Assembly (NCBI GenBank): GCA_036494675.1
Contig: DASXOA010000078.1
Span: forward strand, 797 to 64,796
DNA length: 64,000 bases
From: Rugosimonospora sp.
GTDB lineage: Bacteria > Actinomycetota > Actinomycetes > Mycobacteriales > Micromonosporaceae
Reading direction: 5' to 3'
Numbering within the stretch: position 1 is the stretch's first letter; every line of letters starts with the position of its first letter. Below, piece by piece: positions 26,106 to 34,932 of the stretch. Under the pieces are notes generated by a model that was given only the letters and a program-made list of their open reading frames with translations, made no database searches and had not been told where the DNA came from. The translations under genes and the position numbers were made by a program.

Positions 26106-28499
26106 TCATCCGCCAGCCGGCGGGATCTGGTAGACCGCACAGTCGCCGGACCTGAACCGCAGCGTGGCGAACTCGCCCAGGTCCGCGGAGTACGGAGTCT
26201 GCGTGTCGTCCACGAACAGCCACGTCACGCCGTACCGGTCGCGCAGCAGGTCGATCGTCTGCGCCGACGGTGTCGCGAAGGCGGCGTCGTTGTCGGCCAG
26301 CACCTGGGGCTTCCAGTACGGCACGACGATGTCCCCGACATGCTGGAGCACGGCCCGCTCGTGCGCGGTCGTGGTGAAGCCCCAACCTTCGACGAGCATC
26401 TGCCGCTCGCTGTAGGCCGACATGGAGAAGTGCAGGTCGGTGCAGTCACCGCTGCGGTACAGCCGCAGGCAGTGGGCGTTGGTGGCGACCAGAGCGTCGG
26501 GGTCCGAGTGGTCGCGCAGCCAGCGGCCGGCCTCCAGGGTGCCCTTGCTGACCAGCGGGGTGCCGGCCACCACGTCGCGCCAGCCGCTGCTCCTCGACTC
26601 GCGGACGATCCGGGTGTAGTCGCTGAACGCGGTGCTCAGCCCGAACCCGGCGAGCAGCGCGATGATCAACGCGTGGCTGATCCCCTTCATCGCCGGTACC
26701 CTGCGCCGGACCAGCCACACGATGACGACCGCCGCCACCGCGACGACCACGGTCAGCGCGTACGGCCACAGCAGCGCGACCGCCAGGTGCTTCGCGCTGC
26801 CGGTCGTCCGGATGGTCGGCACCCGGCTGCTGCCCAGGTGCCGGATGACCAGCACCGAGGCCGCACCGACCGCGGCCGCCCCGACCAGCGCGACACCGTC
26901 GCGGCGGCGCAGCCGGCCGTCGCGCAGTACGGCGACCAGCCCACCCACCGCGGCAAGCGCCAGGAACGGCCGGACCGACTCGATGAAGTACATCTGGGCG
27001 TCCCCGGCCTGACCGGTCAGCGCCGTGCCGCCCATGCCGGCGATCCCCATGCCGAGCAGCAGCAGGATGTCGGTGTCGAACAGCCGGCGGCGGCGGACCA
27101 GGCCGCTGATGCCCGACCAGATGCACAGCCAGCACCACGCGGAGATCATCGCGAGCACGAGCAGGCGCGACATCCTCGGGTCGTGGGTGAAGCCGGTGGT
27201 CGAGCCGATCCCGGACGTCTGCTCGGTGAACAGCGGGGTGAGCTGCAGGCCCTGGCTGGCGTCGCCCAGCAGCACAAACTGCGCGAAAAGCTCGAAGACC
27301 AGCACGACGCCCGTGATCACCAACGCCGGGCGGTGCCAGCCGCGCCGGGTCACCAGGTTGCCGGCGATCACGACGAGCAGCCCGGCCAGCAACAGCGGGA
27401 TGTAGGTCGCCTTGCCGCCCATCACCGCGCCGAGCATCAGCACGAGAGCGATCCAGCGCCGCTTGTCGCGGTGCTGGCCGCGCAGCAGGTCGACGACGAG
27501 CAGCACGACGGGCAGGAACAGCATCGCGCCGAACGTCTGGGTCGGGCTGGTGAACGACGTCAGGCGCAGCGAGCCCCCGTCGTCGATGCCGTTGAACGCC
27601 AGGTTGGTGTAGAAGCCGCTGAGCTGCCAGCGGTACGGGTCGATGGCGAGCACGAACATGCTGATGACGACCGCGGCCGGGCCGGTCCACCAGTGCCCGA
27701 ACAGCTTGCGGGCCAGCAAGGCGAGCAGGATCGCCGAGGCCACGAACATCGGCAGCAGGGACAGCCGCAGCAGCAGCACCAGCGGCTCGATCCCGGTGAC
27801 CCAACTGGTCGCGGCCATGTCCGCGTAGACGAACCAGTGGTAGTACAGCGGCTCGCCGTGCACCCACGGGATCGACATCGGCATGTGGTGCTTGGCCTCG
27901 CCGACCAGCGCCAGGTGGAAGGTCGAGTCGGTGTCCGGAGTCGAGTTGTACGGCCAGGTCAGCCCGTACCGCCGGAAGAACTTGAAGGCGAAGACGACGA
28001 GCAGGCCGGCGGTACCCGCCATCGACCATGCCCACAGCAGCGGCGGCCGCTCGCGGTCCGGCGACGAGCGCCAGTACCGGCGCAGGCCCGGCACGGCCAG
28101 GAAGACGACGATCGTGGCGACCGGCCAGACGAGGACCAGCAGTGGTGCCCCGACCGCCCGGGCCGGAATGTAGGCGAACACCTCACCGGCGTAGCCGAGG
28201 GCGGTGCCGCACGCCACGTCGGCGACGAACGAGCCGGGCCCACGGTACAGCAGCCGCCAGACCAGCGTGCCGGGCAGGATCACGCCGAGGCCGAGGTAGC
28301 CGCCGAACGCGGCGGTGCTGGTGAACGGCACGCCGTAGAACCGCAGCGCGACGACGGTGAACGCGACGACCAGCACCGCTGGCAGCCAGCCGCTGCCGGC
28401 GATCCGCCGCACGACCGACCGTCCCGGCGATCCGCCCGGCGCACGGGCGGGCCGGACGTCGGGGGCCACCGCCGCGAGTCCGTCCGTCGTTGCCGTCAT
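26106..28499 (-). CDS. Large GT-C-like polytopic membrane protein (paralog C1)
   Basis: ATG 28499 (MTATTDGLAAV...) is preceded by GGGGGAGAG. About 797 aa, many TM helices, and a C-terminal extracytoplasmic domain of about 180 aa ending RFRSGDCAVYQI. Collinear with 32482..34884. Confidence 0.7.
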   Translation of the reverse strand: MTATTDGLAAVAPDVRPARAPGGSPGRSVVRRIAGSGWLPAVLVVAFTVVALRFYGVPFTSTAAFGGYLGLGVILPGTLVWRLLYRGPGSFVADVACGTALGYAGEVFAYIPARAVGAPLLVLVWPVATIVVFLAVPGLRRYWRSSPDRERPPLLWAWSMAGTAGLLVVFAFKFFRRYGLTWPYNSTPDTDSTFHLALVGEAKHHMPMSIPWVHGEPLYYHWFVYADMAATSWVTGIEPLVLLLRLSLLPMFVASAILLALLARKLFGHWWTGPAAVVISMFVLAIDPYRWQLSGFYTNLAFNGIDDGGSLRLTSFTSPTQTFGAMLFLPVVLLVVDLLRGQHRDKRRWIALVLMLGAVMGGKATYIPLLLAGLLVVIAGNLVTRRGWHRPALVITGVVLVFELFAQFVLLGDASQGLQLTPLFTEQTSGIGSTTGFTHDPRMSRLLVLAMISAWCWLCIWSGISGLVRRRRLFDTDILLLLGMGIAGMGGTALTGQAGDAQMYFIESVRPFLALAAVGGLVAVLRDGRLRRRDGVALVGAAAVGAASVLVIRHLGSSRVPTIRTTGSAKHLAVALLWPYALTVVVAVAAVVIVWLVRRRVPAMKGISHALIIALLAGFGLSTAFSDYTRIVRESRSSGWRDVVAGTPLVSKGTLEAGRWLRDHSDPDALVATNAHCLRLYRSGDCTDLHFSMSAYSERQMLVEGWGFTTTAHERAVLQHVGDIVVPYWKPQVLADNDAAFATPSAQTIDLLRDRYGVTWLFVDDTQTPYSADLGEFATLRFRSGDCAVYQIPPAGG

Positions 28500-28572
28500 G
28501 CTCTCCCCCGATGGGCGCGCCGCGAGGACCGGGTTCGGCCCGACCCACGGACGGTACCGGGCATCGTCACGA

Positions 28573-29589
28573 TCATTGCGTGGGCATCTGCTGTGACTCG
28601 ACGCGCTGGGACGGGACGTACGCGCCCGATGCCCCGATGGGGCCACCCGTCGCCGCGGGGCCCGCGAGGACGGGGGCGCCGACGCGCTCCCGCACCACGT
28701 AGGTGGGCCGGCCCATGCCCCGGGCGTGCACCCGGCCGATGTACTCGCCGAGCACGCCGATGGCGATCATCTGCGCCGAGGAGAAGATGGCGACCATGGT
28801 GGCGATCGTGGTGAAGCCGGCGACGGTCGTGTTGCCCACGAAGTACAGCCAGAGCAGCCGCACCGAGAGCAGCAGGCCGCACACCCCGATGAGGAAGCCG
28901 AGGTAGGTGACCAGCCGCAGCGGCTTCGTCGAATACCCCATCACCATGTTGATGGTGTGCCGGACCAGAGACCGGAAGGTATAGGCCGATTTGCCCACGG
29001 TGCGCTCGTCCATCCGCACCGTCAGGCCGCCCACCCTGCTGGTCGCCCAGGACAGCGCCACGTCCACCGACGCGTGCGGGCCCTCCACCTGGTCGAAGGC
29101 GGCCCGCAGGAAGGACCGGAAGATGCGGAACGGGCTGAGCAGCCGCGCGTTCTGGATACCCATCCCGCTGGACATGACCGCCTTGGTCGCGCGCGCGGCG
29201 AAGCTGCGCATGATCGCGTGCTCCTCCTCGGCGGCCGTGGCGTAGACCAGGTCCAGGTCGTCGGTGAGCGCGGCGACCAGCTTCGGCAGCTCCTCCGGCA
29301 GGTGCTGGAGGTCGTCGTCCATGGTGATGATGAGCTCGTGGCGGGTGGCCCTGATACCCGCGATCAACGCGCTGTGCTGCCCGTAGTTGCGGGCCATGCG
29401 GATGGCCTGGACGTGCTCGTACTTCACGGCCAGTCCGCTGGCCACCCCCCAGGTCTCGTCCGGGCTGTCGACCACCAGGATGACCTCGTAGTCCGGGGTG
29501 AGTGTGGGAAGCACCTCGTTCAGCCGCTCGATCAGCGGCGGAAGGGTGAGCGCCGAGCGGTAACAGGGGATGACGACTGAGATGGACAT
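28573..29589 (-). CDS. ArnC/GtrB-like GT2 (candidate polyprenyl-phosphate sugar synthase)
   Basis: MSISVVIPCYRSALTLPPLIERL...ILVVDSPDETW...NYGQHSALIAG...ITMDDDLQH. Two C-terminal TM helices (LRLVTYLGFLIGVCGLLL and FTTIATMVAIFSSAQMIAIGVLGEYIGR), as in ArnC, GtrB and DPM synthases. Confidence 0.85.
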   Translation of the reverse strand: MSISVVIPCYRSALTLPPLIERLNEVLPTLTPDYEVILVVDSPDETWGVASGLAVKYEHVQAIRMARNYGQHSALIAGIRATRHELIITMDDDLQHLPEELPKLVAALTDDLDLVYATAAEEEHAIMRSFAARATKAVMSSGMGIQNARLLSPFRIFRSFLRAAFDQVEGPHASVDVALSWATSRVGGLTVRMDERTVGKSAYTFRSLVRHTINMVMGYSTKPLRLVTYLGFLIGVCGLLLSVRLLWLYFVGNTTVAGFTTIATMVAIFSSAQMIAIGVLGEYIGRVHARGMGRPTYVVRERVGAPVLAGPAATGGPIGASGAYVPSQRVESQQMPTQ

Positions 29590-29632
29590 CGGCTGCTCCT
29601 ATCGCCGGCCGGGGCGGGCGAACCCTGACACG

Positions 29633-30553
29633 CTATTTCACCGGCTTACGGGCTTCGATCACAAATCCGCTCGCGATCACCGAGGCGGCCGGGTGCCGGG
29701 CGAGCAGCAGGTCGAGCACCTTCAGCGGCGACAGGACCCAGGTCAGCGGCACCAGCAGCCGGTACAGCCGGGAGCTGCCGAAGGACAGCACCATCGCGAG
29801 CCACTCCTGGAGTACCCAGAGCAGGCCGGAGGTGGGGCCGGCGCCGACCCGCACGTCGACCACCTCGAAGCCGGGGAACTGCTCGCGCAGCCCGACGTTC
29901 GTGTACCGCTGGAAGTCGTACGGCGAGGCATGGAACGGCTGCATGAACGGGACGAAACAGAGCAGCCGGCCGCCCGGCGCCAGTACCCGCAGAATCTCCG
30001 CGATGTGGGCGGCCGGGTCCGGCACGTGCTCCAGTACGGCGATGCTCATCGCACCGGCCAGGCTGCCCTCCGCCACCGGCAGGTGCCGCAGGTCGGTGAC
30101 GATGTCGACCTCGTCGTAGTTGCCACCGTCCACGCACACCAGCCGCGGGTCGCGCCGGTGGGTGCCCGATCCCAGGTCCGCCACCAGGTCCCGGTCCAGG
30201 TCGAAGCTGTCGAGGAACGGCTTGACGAACCGGACGGACATCACCGGCGAGAGCACCGAGATGGCCATCGGGTAGATCCGGCTGAAGCGCTGCTTGACGC
30301 CTTCCTTGAGGCGGTTGAGCGGATCCTGCTTGAGTTCGGCCTCGCCGAAGCCGCCGAACCGCAACTGGTGGCCGTGGCGCTTGCCTGCCACGCCGCACTG
30401 GGCGCAGGCGAGGTCCCCGGTCAGCGTGCCATGACAGGTCGGGCAGACCAGTACGCCGGCCAACCGCTCCCCACGGTCCGTAGCGGCGCCCGAGTCGGCC
30501 GGCTGACCGGTCGCTGTCTGCGTGGCTGCGGCGGAGCCGTTCACATACCTCAC
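29633..30553 (-). CDS. SAM-dependent methyltransferase with an N-terminal zinc-ribbon
   Basis: CPTCHGTLTGDLACAQC precedes the methyltransferase core (ADLGSG...AVLEHVPDPAAHIAEILRVLAPGGRLL). A hydrophobic C-terminal segment follows. Confidence 0.75.
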   Translation of the reverse strand: MRYVNGSAAATQTATGQPADSGAATDRGERLAGVLVCPTCHGTLTGDLACAQCGVAGKRHGHQLRFGGFGEAELKQDPLNRLKEGVKQRFSRIYPMAISVLSPVMSVRFVKPFLDSFDLDRDLVADLGSGTHRRDPRLVCVDGGNYDEVDIVTDLRHLPVAEGSLAGAMSIAVLEHVPDPAAHIAEILRVLAPGGRLLCFVPFMQPFHASPYDFQRYTNVGLREQFPGFEVVDVRVGAGPTSGLLWVLQEWLAMVLSFGSSRLYRLLVPLTWVLSPLKVLDLLLARHPAASVIASGFVIEARKPVK

Positions 30554-30729
30554 CCGATCTCGCTATTCGATGATGTGGTGGGCGTCGACGACGTGATCGC
30601 GACCGTCCGGAAGGGTCCCAGAAATGGGCGGAAGATCACGCGAAGCACCTTCGACGGAGTGTAGACGTAGCGCTGCGCTACCGTGAGCCGGGCGCCCGCC
30701 GCGCGGCACTCCCGGCGTGACCTCGCGAT

Positions 30730-32247
30730 TCAGCTGTACGGGCCGTGACTGAACAGCTCGAACGCCACCCAACCGGCCGCGATGACGACGAGCCCGACCT
30801 GTGTCGCGTAACGGGACCAGACGGACACGTTGGATAGTCGGGACGCAATCCAGCCGATCAGGATCAGCAGCAGCGGCACCACGTGGTACGTGAGACGGTA
30901 CGCCCAGAATCCGAGGCCCCACAGGAACGCCAGCGTGCACAGCACGGACACCCCGGTGGCGGCGAGCGCCGCACGCTGGCCGGGTTCGCCGGCCACGATG
31001 TCGACCCGCAGGAACACCGCGCCCACGGCCAGTACGGCCAGCACGGCCACCAGCAGCCAGGTCACCTCGATGAGCTGGCCGCCGGTCATCATGGTGGCGT
31101 TGGACAGCGCGTGGACCAACGGCCTCCACCCCGCCGCGGCGGCCTGCGGCAACCAGACGAACTCGTGATAGGTCACCGCCTCGTGGTTGTAGTAGGTACC
31201 GGTGACGGCGCGGCAGATCTCTATCCACACGAGCGTCGGCGCGGCGGACGCCGCGAGCAGCACCGCCGCCTTCGCCACCGCCAGGCGCAGCGCGGGCACC
31301 CGCCGCTCGGCCGTGATCAGGATGGTCAGCGCCCCGGCGGCCACCGTGATCAGCACGCTCGCGTAGGCCAGCGCGCTGATCCCGAGAATCAGCCCCGCCG
31401 TGGCGGCGAACCGCCAGGACGGACGGTTCAGGAACAACCAGCGGCAGACCACCGCCGTCGCCATCGGGACCAGGAGGCCGAACATCTGCTGGTGCGGTGG
31501 CCAGTAGTAGGCCTTGGTCATGTCGTTGACGGCGAGGATCGCGGTCAACGACCAGGTGACCGCCGGCGGCGCCCCGATCAGCAGCATGAGCCAGAGGAAC
31601 AGAGCGACCGCGGCGGCCGCGACGACGAGGTTGATGAGCACCATCGGGATGAACGCGCTGTCGCTCTGCCCGTACAGTGCGTCGAGACCGACCCAGTGGG
31701 CGACCGGCCCGATCACGGCCGTCGCGGCCGCGGCGAGGTACACGTACACCGGCCGGGACTGGCGGACGCTGTCCTTCTGGAGCAGGAGTTGTGGCTTGTG
31801 CGCCAGTTGCATGAACAGGGGCGAGTCGCAGTTCATCGGGTACCCGAGATGGGCGTCGATCCGTACCGGGGTCCCGCACGGCAGCGTCTTGTCCATCGGG
31901 GCGAGCAGCAGCAGATGCGCGGCGGCCAGGACGACGACGAACCCGGTCCCGGCGAGAACCACGGGCCTGACCCGCCGGGCCGCACCGGCCTGCGCGACCG
32001 CCTCCGGGCGAGCCGCCGCGCGGTGGTGCTCCACGACCCAGAGCCCGGTCAGCAGCACGGCACCCGCGATGCCGACCACCGCGACGGTCACCATGCCGGT
32101 CGGCTGGATCAGGGTGCGGTCCGAACACCGGTCGTACCCGAACAGGCAGATGCTCTGGCGCGCATGATCGACCAGGAGCCACGCCGCGACGAAACCGCAC
32201 CAGCCGAGCAACAACCATCCGCTGACCTTGCCGCTGATCTTCCGCAC
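30730..32247 (-). CDS. Polytopic membrane protein, unknown family (GT-C-like candidate)
   Basis: 505 aa with at least 11 TM helices. An early loop reads PMNCDSPLFMQLAHKPQ. GTG start. Confidence 0.6.
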   Translation of the reverse strand: MRKISGKVSGWLLLGWCGFVAAWLLVDHARQSICLFGYDRCSDRTLIQPTGMVTVAVVGIAGAVLLTGLWVVEHHRAAARPEAVAQAGAARRVRPVVLAGTGFVVVLAAAHLLLLAPMDKTLPCGTPVRIDAHLGYPMNCDSPLFMQLAHKPQLLLQKDSVRQSRPVYVYLAAAATAVIGPVAHWVGLDALYGQSDSAFIPMVLINLVVAAAAVALFLWLMLLIGAPPAVTWSLTAILAVNDMTKAYYWPPHQQMFGLLVPMATAVVCRWLFLNRPSWRFAATAGLILGISALAYASVLITVAAGALTILITAERRVPALRLAVAKAAVLLAASAAPTLVWIEICRAVTGTYYNHEAVTYHEFVWLPQAAAAGWRPLVHALSNATMMTGGQLIEVTWLLVAVLAVLAVGAVFLRVDIVAGEPGQRAALAATGVSVLCTLAFLWGLGFWAYRLTYHVVPLLLILIGWIASRLSNVSVWSRYATQVGLVVIAAGWVAFELFSHGPYS

Positions 32248-32481
32248 GGAAGGAGTGTACGGATCATGATTTTCGATGGGACACGAGAGGCGCCCCCGGC
32301 AAGTACACTATCGGCCGGTCGACGCCGCGCCGATCGAATCGCCTGTTCACCTCGCGGCAACCTGAATCAGAAGCGGCGCAAATCAGAAACGACTCTGGGA
32401 CACAAGAGTGCTGACTAGTTCGATGACGCGCGCCTCGACCCGCTGGGATCGGGGCGCGGGAGCGGTCGGGGTTGGATTGCC

Positions 32482-34884
32482 ATGGTGAGCAGCTCGGTTG
32501 TCGTCCGGCCCGAGGAAGCCTTCGAGAACGGTCCTCCGGGGGCGAGGCCGTCCGGATTCCGGCGCCTGAGGGCCGTGCCGCGCTCCGGTTGGGTACCGAC
32601 CGTGCTGGTCGTGATCGCCACCGTCGAGGTGTTGCGGCTCTACGCCGTACCGGCCGCGACCACCGCGGTCTTCCTCGGCTACATCTGCGCCGGCGTCGCC
32701 CTGCCCGGAACGCTGGTGTACCGCGCCATCCAGCGCCGGTCCGGGTGGTTCGTCGGGGACGTCGCCGCCGGCACCGCGCTCGGCTACGCGGGCGAGGTGC
32801 TCACCTACATCCCGGCCCGGGCGCTCGGCGCACCGCTGCTCGTGCTGCTCTGGCCGGGTGTTGTGATCGCGCTGTTCGCCGCCGTGCCCGGGCTGCGCCG
32901 GTACTGGCGTGGCTCCGGCGACCCCGCGCAGCGCACGCCGATCTGGGTGGCCTGGTCGCTCTCCGCCGCGTTCGGCATCCTCGTCTACTGGAGCTCCACC
33001 GGGTTCTTCCGCACGCAGGGGCTGTACTGGCCGTCCATGGGCGCACCCGACGCGGACTCGCCGTTCCACCTGGCGCTGATCGGCGAGGCCAAGCACCACA
33101 TGCCGATGATGTCGCCGTGGGTGACCCACGAGCCCGTCTACTACCACTGGTTCGTCTACGCGGAGATGGCGGCCACCAGCTGGGTCACCGGCATCGAGCC
33201 GCAGGTGCTCCTGCTGCGACTGTCGTTGCTGCCGTTCATCGCCACGTTCCTGGTGCTCATGGCGGTGCTCGGTCGCCGGCTGACCGGCACCTGGTGGGCG
33301 GCGCCGGTGGCCGCCACGGCAACGTTCTTCGTGCTGGCGCCCAACCCGTACCCGTGGTCGCTGTCCGGATGGTTCTCGGCGTTCGCCACCAGCCCGTACG
33401 ACGACGGTTCGGTGTTCCGGAAGGTCATGTGGACCAGCCCGACCCAGACCTTCGGCCAGATGCTGTTCGCCGCGTGCATGCTGGCGCTCGTCGGCCTGCT
33501 GAAGCGCGACCGCCTGGGTGCCCGGCAGTGGATCCTGTGGACGGTCATGATTCTGGCGGTGATGGGCGGCAAGGCGACATTCCTGCCCATGCTGCTCGCG
33601 GCGCTGCTGCTCGTCGTCGCCGTACACCTGGTGGCCCACCGCCGGCTCCACCGGCCCGCACTCATCGCCTCCGGGATCACCTTCGTCTGTGTGCTGTTCG
33701 CGCAGTTCGTGCTGTTCGGCGGCGCCTCGCAGGGGTTGGCCATCAGCCCGCTGCACCAGATGACGATCTCCGGCGGTTCGTACACCACCGGGTTCGCGGT
33801 CCCGGGCCACCACGCGTCGCTCAAGCGGCTGCTGCTGGTGCTCGCGCTGACGCTGCTGTGCTGGGCCTTCGTCTGGGCCGGAATCGCCGGCCTGGCGGGC
33901 CGCCGCCGGTACCTCGACCCGGTCGTGGTGGTGCTCATCGGCGTCGGCCTGGCGGGGATCGGCGGCATCCTGCTCTTCGGCGACGACGGCGGCGCCGAGG
34001 GCTGGTTCCTGAACTCGTCCCGGCCCTACCTCACGCTCGCCGCGGTCGTCGGGGCGGTCGCGGTCACCCGGGTGTCCCGGATGACCTGGCGGGTCGGGGG
34101 CGCTCTGGCCGGCAGCACGCTGCTCGGGGCGCTGATCGTGGCCGCGCTCCGGCACTTCAGCCTGGCACGCGTTCCGACGGCGCGGCGGGTGGGCGGCAAC
34201 CGGCAGGTCGCCTGGGCGCTCACCTGGCCGTACCTGCTTCTGGTCCTGGCCGTCGTGGTCTTCGCCGCCGCGGTGTTCCTCGTCCGGCGACGGTGGTCGA
34301 CCCTCCAGGGCCTGGCACCGACGCTGGTGCTGAGCCTGGTCGCCGGTATGGGGCTGTTCGCCACCGCCAACCTCCTGCTGGACAACGCCAGGCTCGTGTC
34401 CACCGCGGGCTGGCACAACGTGGTCGCCATCCCGCCGTTCATCACGGAAGGGACGATGGAGACCGGCCGCTGGCTGCGCGACCATTCCCAGCCCAACGAT
34501 CTCGTGGCGACCAACGCGCACTGCGTGCCGTACCCCGATGACCCGGCGACGGCGTGCGACAACCGGCACTTCTACTTCTCGGCGTACTCCGAACGCCGGT
34601 TCCTCCTGGAGGGCTGGGGCTTCACCAACGACACGCACGTCTCGGGCAAGGCGACGAACACGAACATCGTGTACGCGCCGTACTGGGACCCGCGGATCCT
34701 GGCGGACAACGATGCCGCGTTCGCCAGGCCGTCCGCGCAGACCATCGGTCTGCTCCGCGACAAGTACCATGTGAAGTGGCTCTGGGTCGACGACACGGAG
34801 AACGTGCCCAGCCCGGACCTGTCGAAGTACGCGACGCTGCGGTTCCGTTCCGGCGACTGCGCGGTCTACGAGATCAACGCCTGA
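32482..34884 (+). CDS. Large GT-C-like polytopic membrane protein (paralog C2)
   Basis: 800 aa. Shares with C1: GTALGYAGEV, PDADSPFHLALIGEAKHHMPM, YYHWFVYAEMAATSWVTGIEP, MGGKATF, ATNAHC, YSERRFLLEGWGFT, ILADNDAAFARPSAQTI, ATLRFRSGDCAVYEI. Confidence 0.7.
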   Translation: MVSSSVVVRPEEAFENGPPGARPSGFRRLRAVPRSGWVPTVLVVIATVEVLRLYAVPAATTAVFLGYICAGVALPGTLVYRAIQRRSGWFVGDVAAGTALGYAGEVLTYIPARALGAPLLVLLWPGVVIALFAAVPGLRRYWRGSGDPAQRTPIWVAWSLSAAFGILVYWSSTGFFRTQGLYWPSMGAPDADSPFHLALIGEAKHHMPMMSPWVTHEPVYYHWFVYAEMAATSWVTGIEPQVLLLRLSLLPFIATFLVLMAVLGRRLTGTWWAAPVAATATFFVLAPNPYPWSLSGWFSAFATSPYDDGSVFRKVMWTSPTQTFGQMLFAACMLALVGLLKRDRLGARQWILWTVMILAVMGGKATFLPMLLAALLLVVAVHLVAHRRLHRPALIASGITFVCVLFAQFVLFGGASQGLAISPLHQMTISGGSYTTGFAVPGHHASLKRLLLVLALTLLCWAFVWAGIAGLAGRRRYLDPVVVVLIGVGLAGIGGILLFGDDGGAEGWFLNSSRPYLTLAAVVGAVAVTRVSRMTWRVGGALAGSTLLGALIVAALRHFSLARVPTARRVGGNRQVAWALTWPYLLLVLAVVVFAAAVFLVRRRWSTLQGLAPTLVLSLVAGMGLFATANLLLDNARLVSTAGWHNVVAIPPFITEGTMETGRWLRDHSQPNDLVATNAHCVPYPDDPATACDNRHFYFSAYSERRFLLEGWGFTNDTHVSGKATNTNIVYAPYWDPRILADNDAAFARPSAQTIGLLRDKYHVKWLWVDDTENVPSPDLSKYATLRFRSGDCAVYEINA

Positions 34885-34888
34885 TCCT

Positions 34889-34930
34889 CGCGCCGTCGGG
34901 CCGGCACGAACGGCCGGTCCGACGGGCGCG
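34889..34930. terminator. Hairpin at the convergent junction between C2 and the LuxC-like gene
   Basis: cgcgccgtcgggccgg - loop - ccggtccgacgggcgcg. About 15 bp of stem with one bulge and one mismatch, and no U-tract. It lies between stop codons at 34884 and 34933. Confidence 0.45.
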
Positions 34931-34932
34931 GG

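Noticed and set aside
26058-28814. Very long ORFs antisense to, or out of frame with, the called genes. Examples: 26058-28814 (918 aa), 32383-34770 (795 aa), 8429-10213, 9910-11628, 22181-24373, 42459-44939 (apart from its 3' ferredoxin part), 47983-50622, 50076-52640 and 55098-58304 (1068 aa).
   Set aside because: Their translations are Arg/Gly/Pro/His/Asp-rich with no recognisable motifs. This is typical of shadow ORFs in high-GC DNA, where stop codons are rare. In every case the opposite strand or another frame encodes a protein with clear family signatures.
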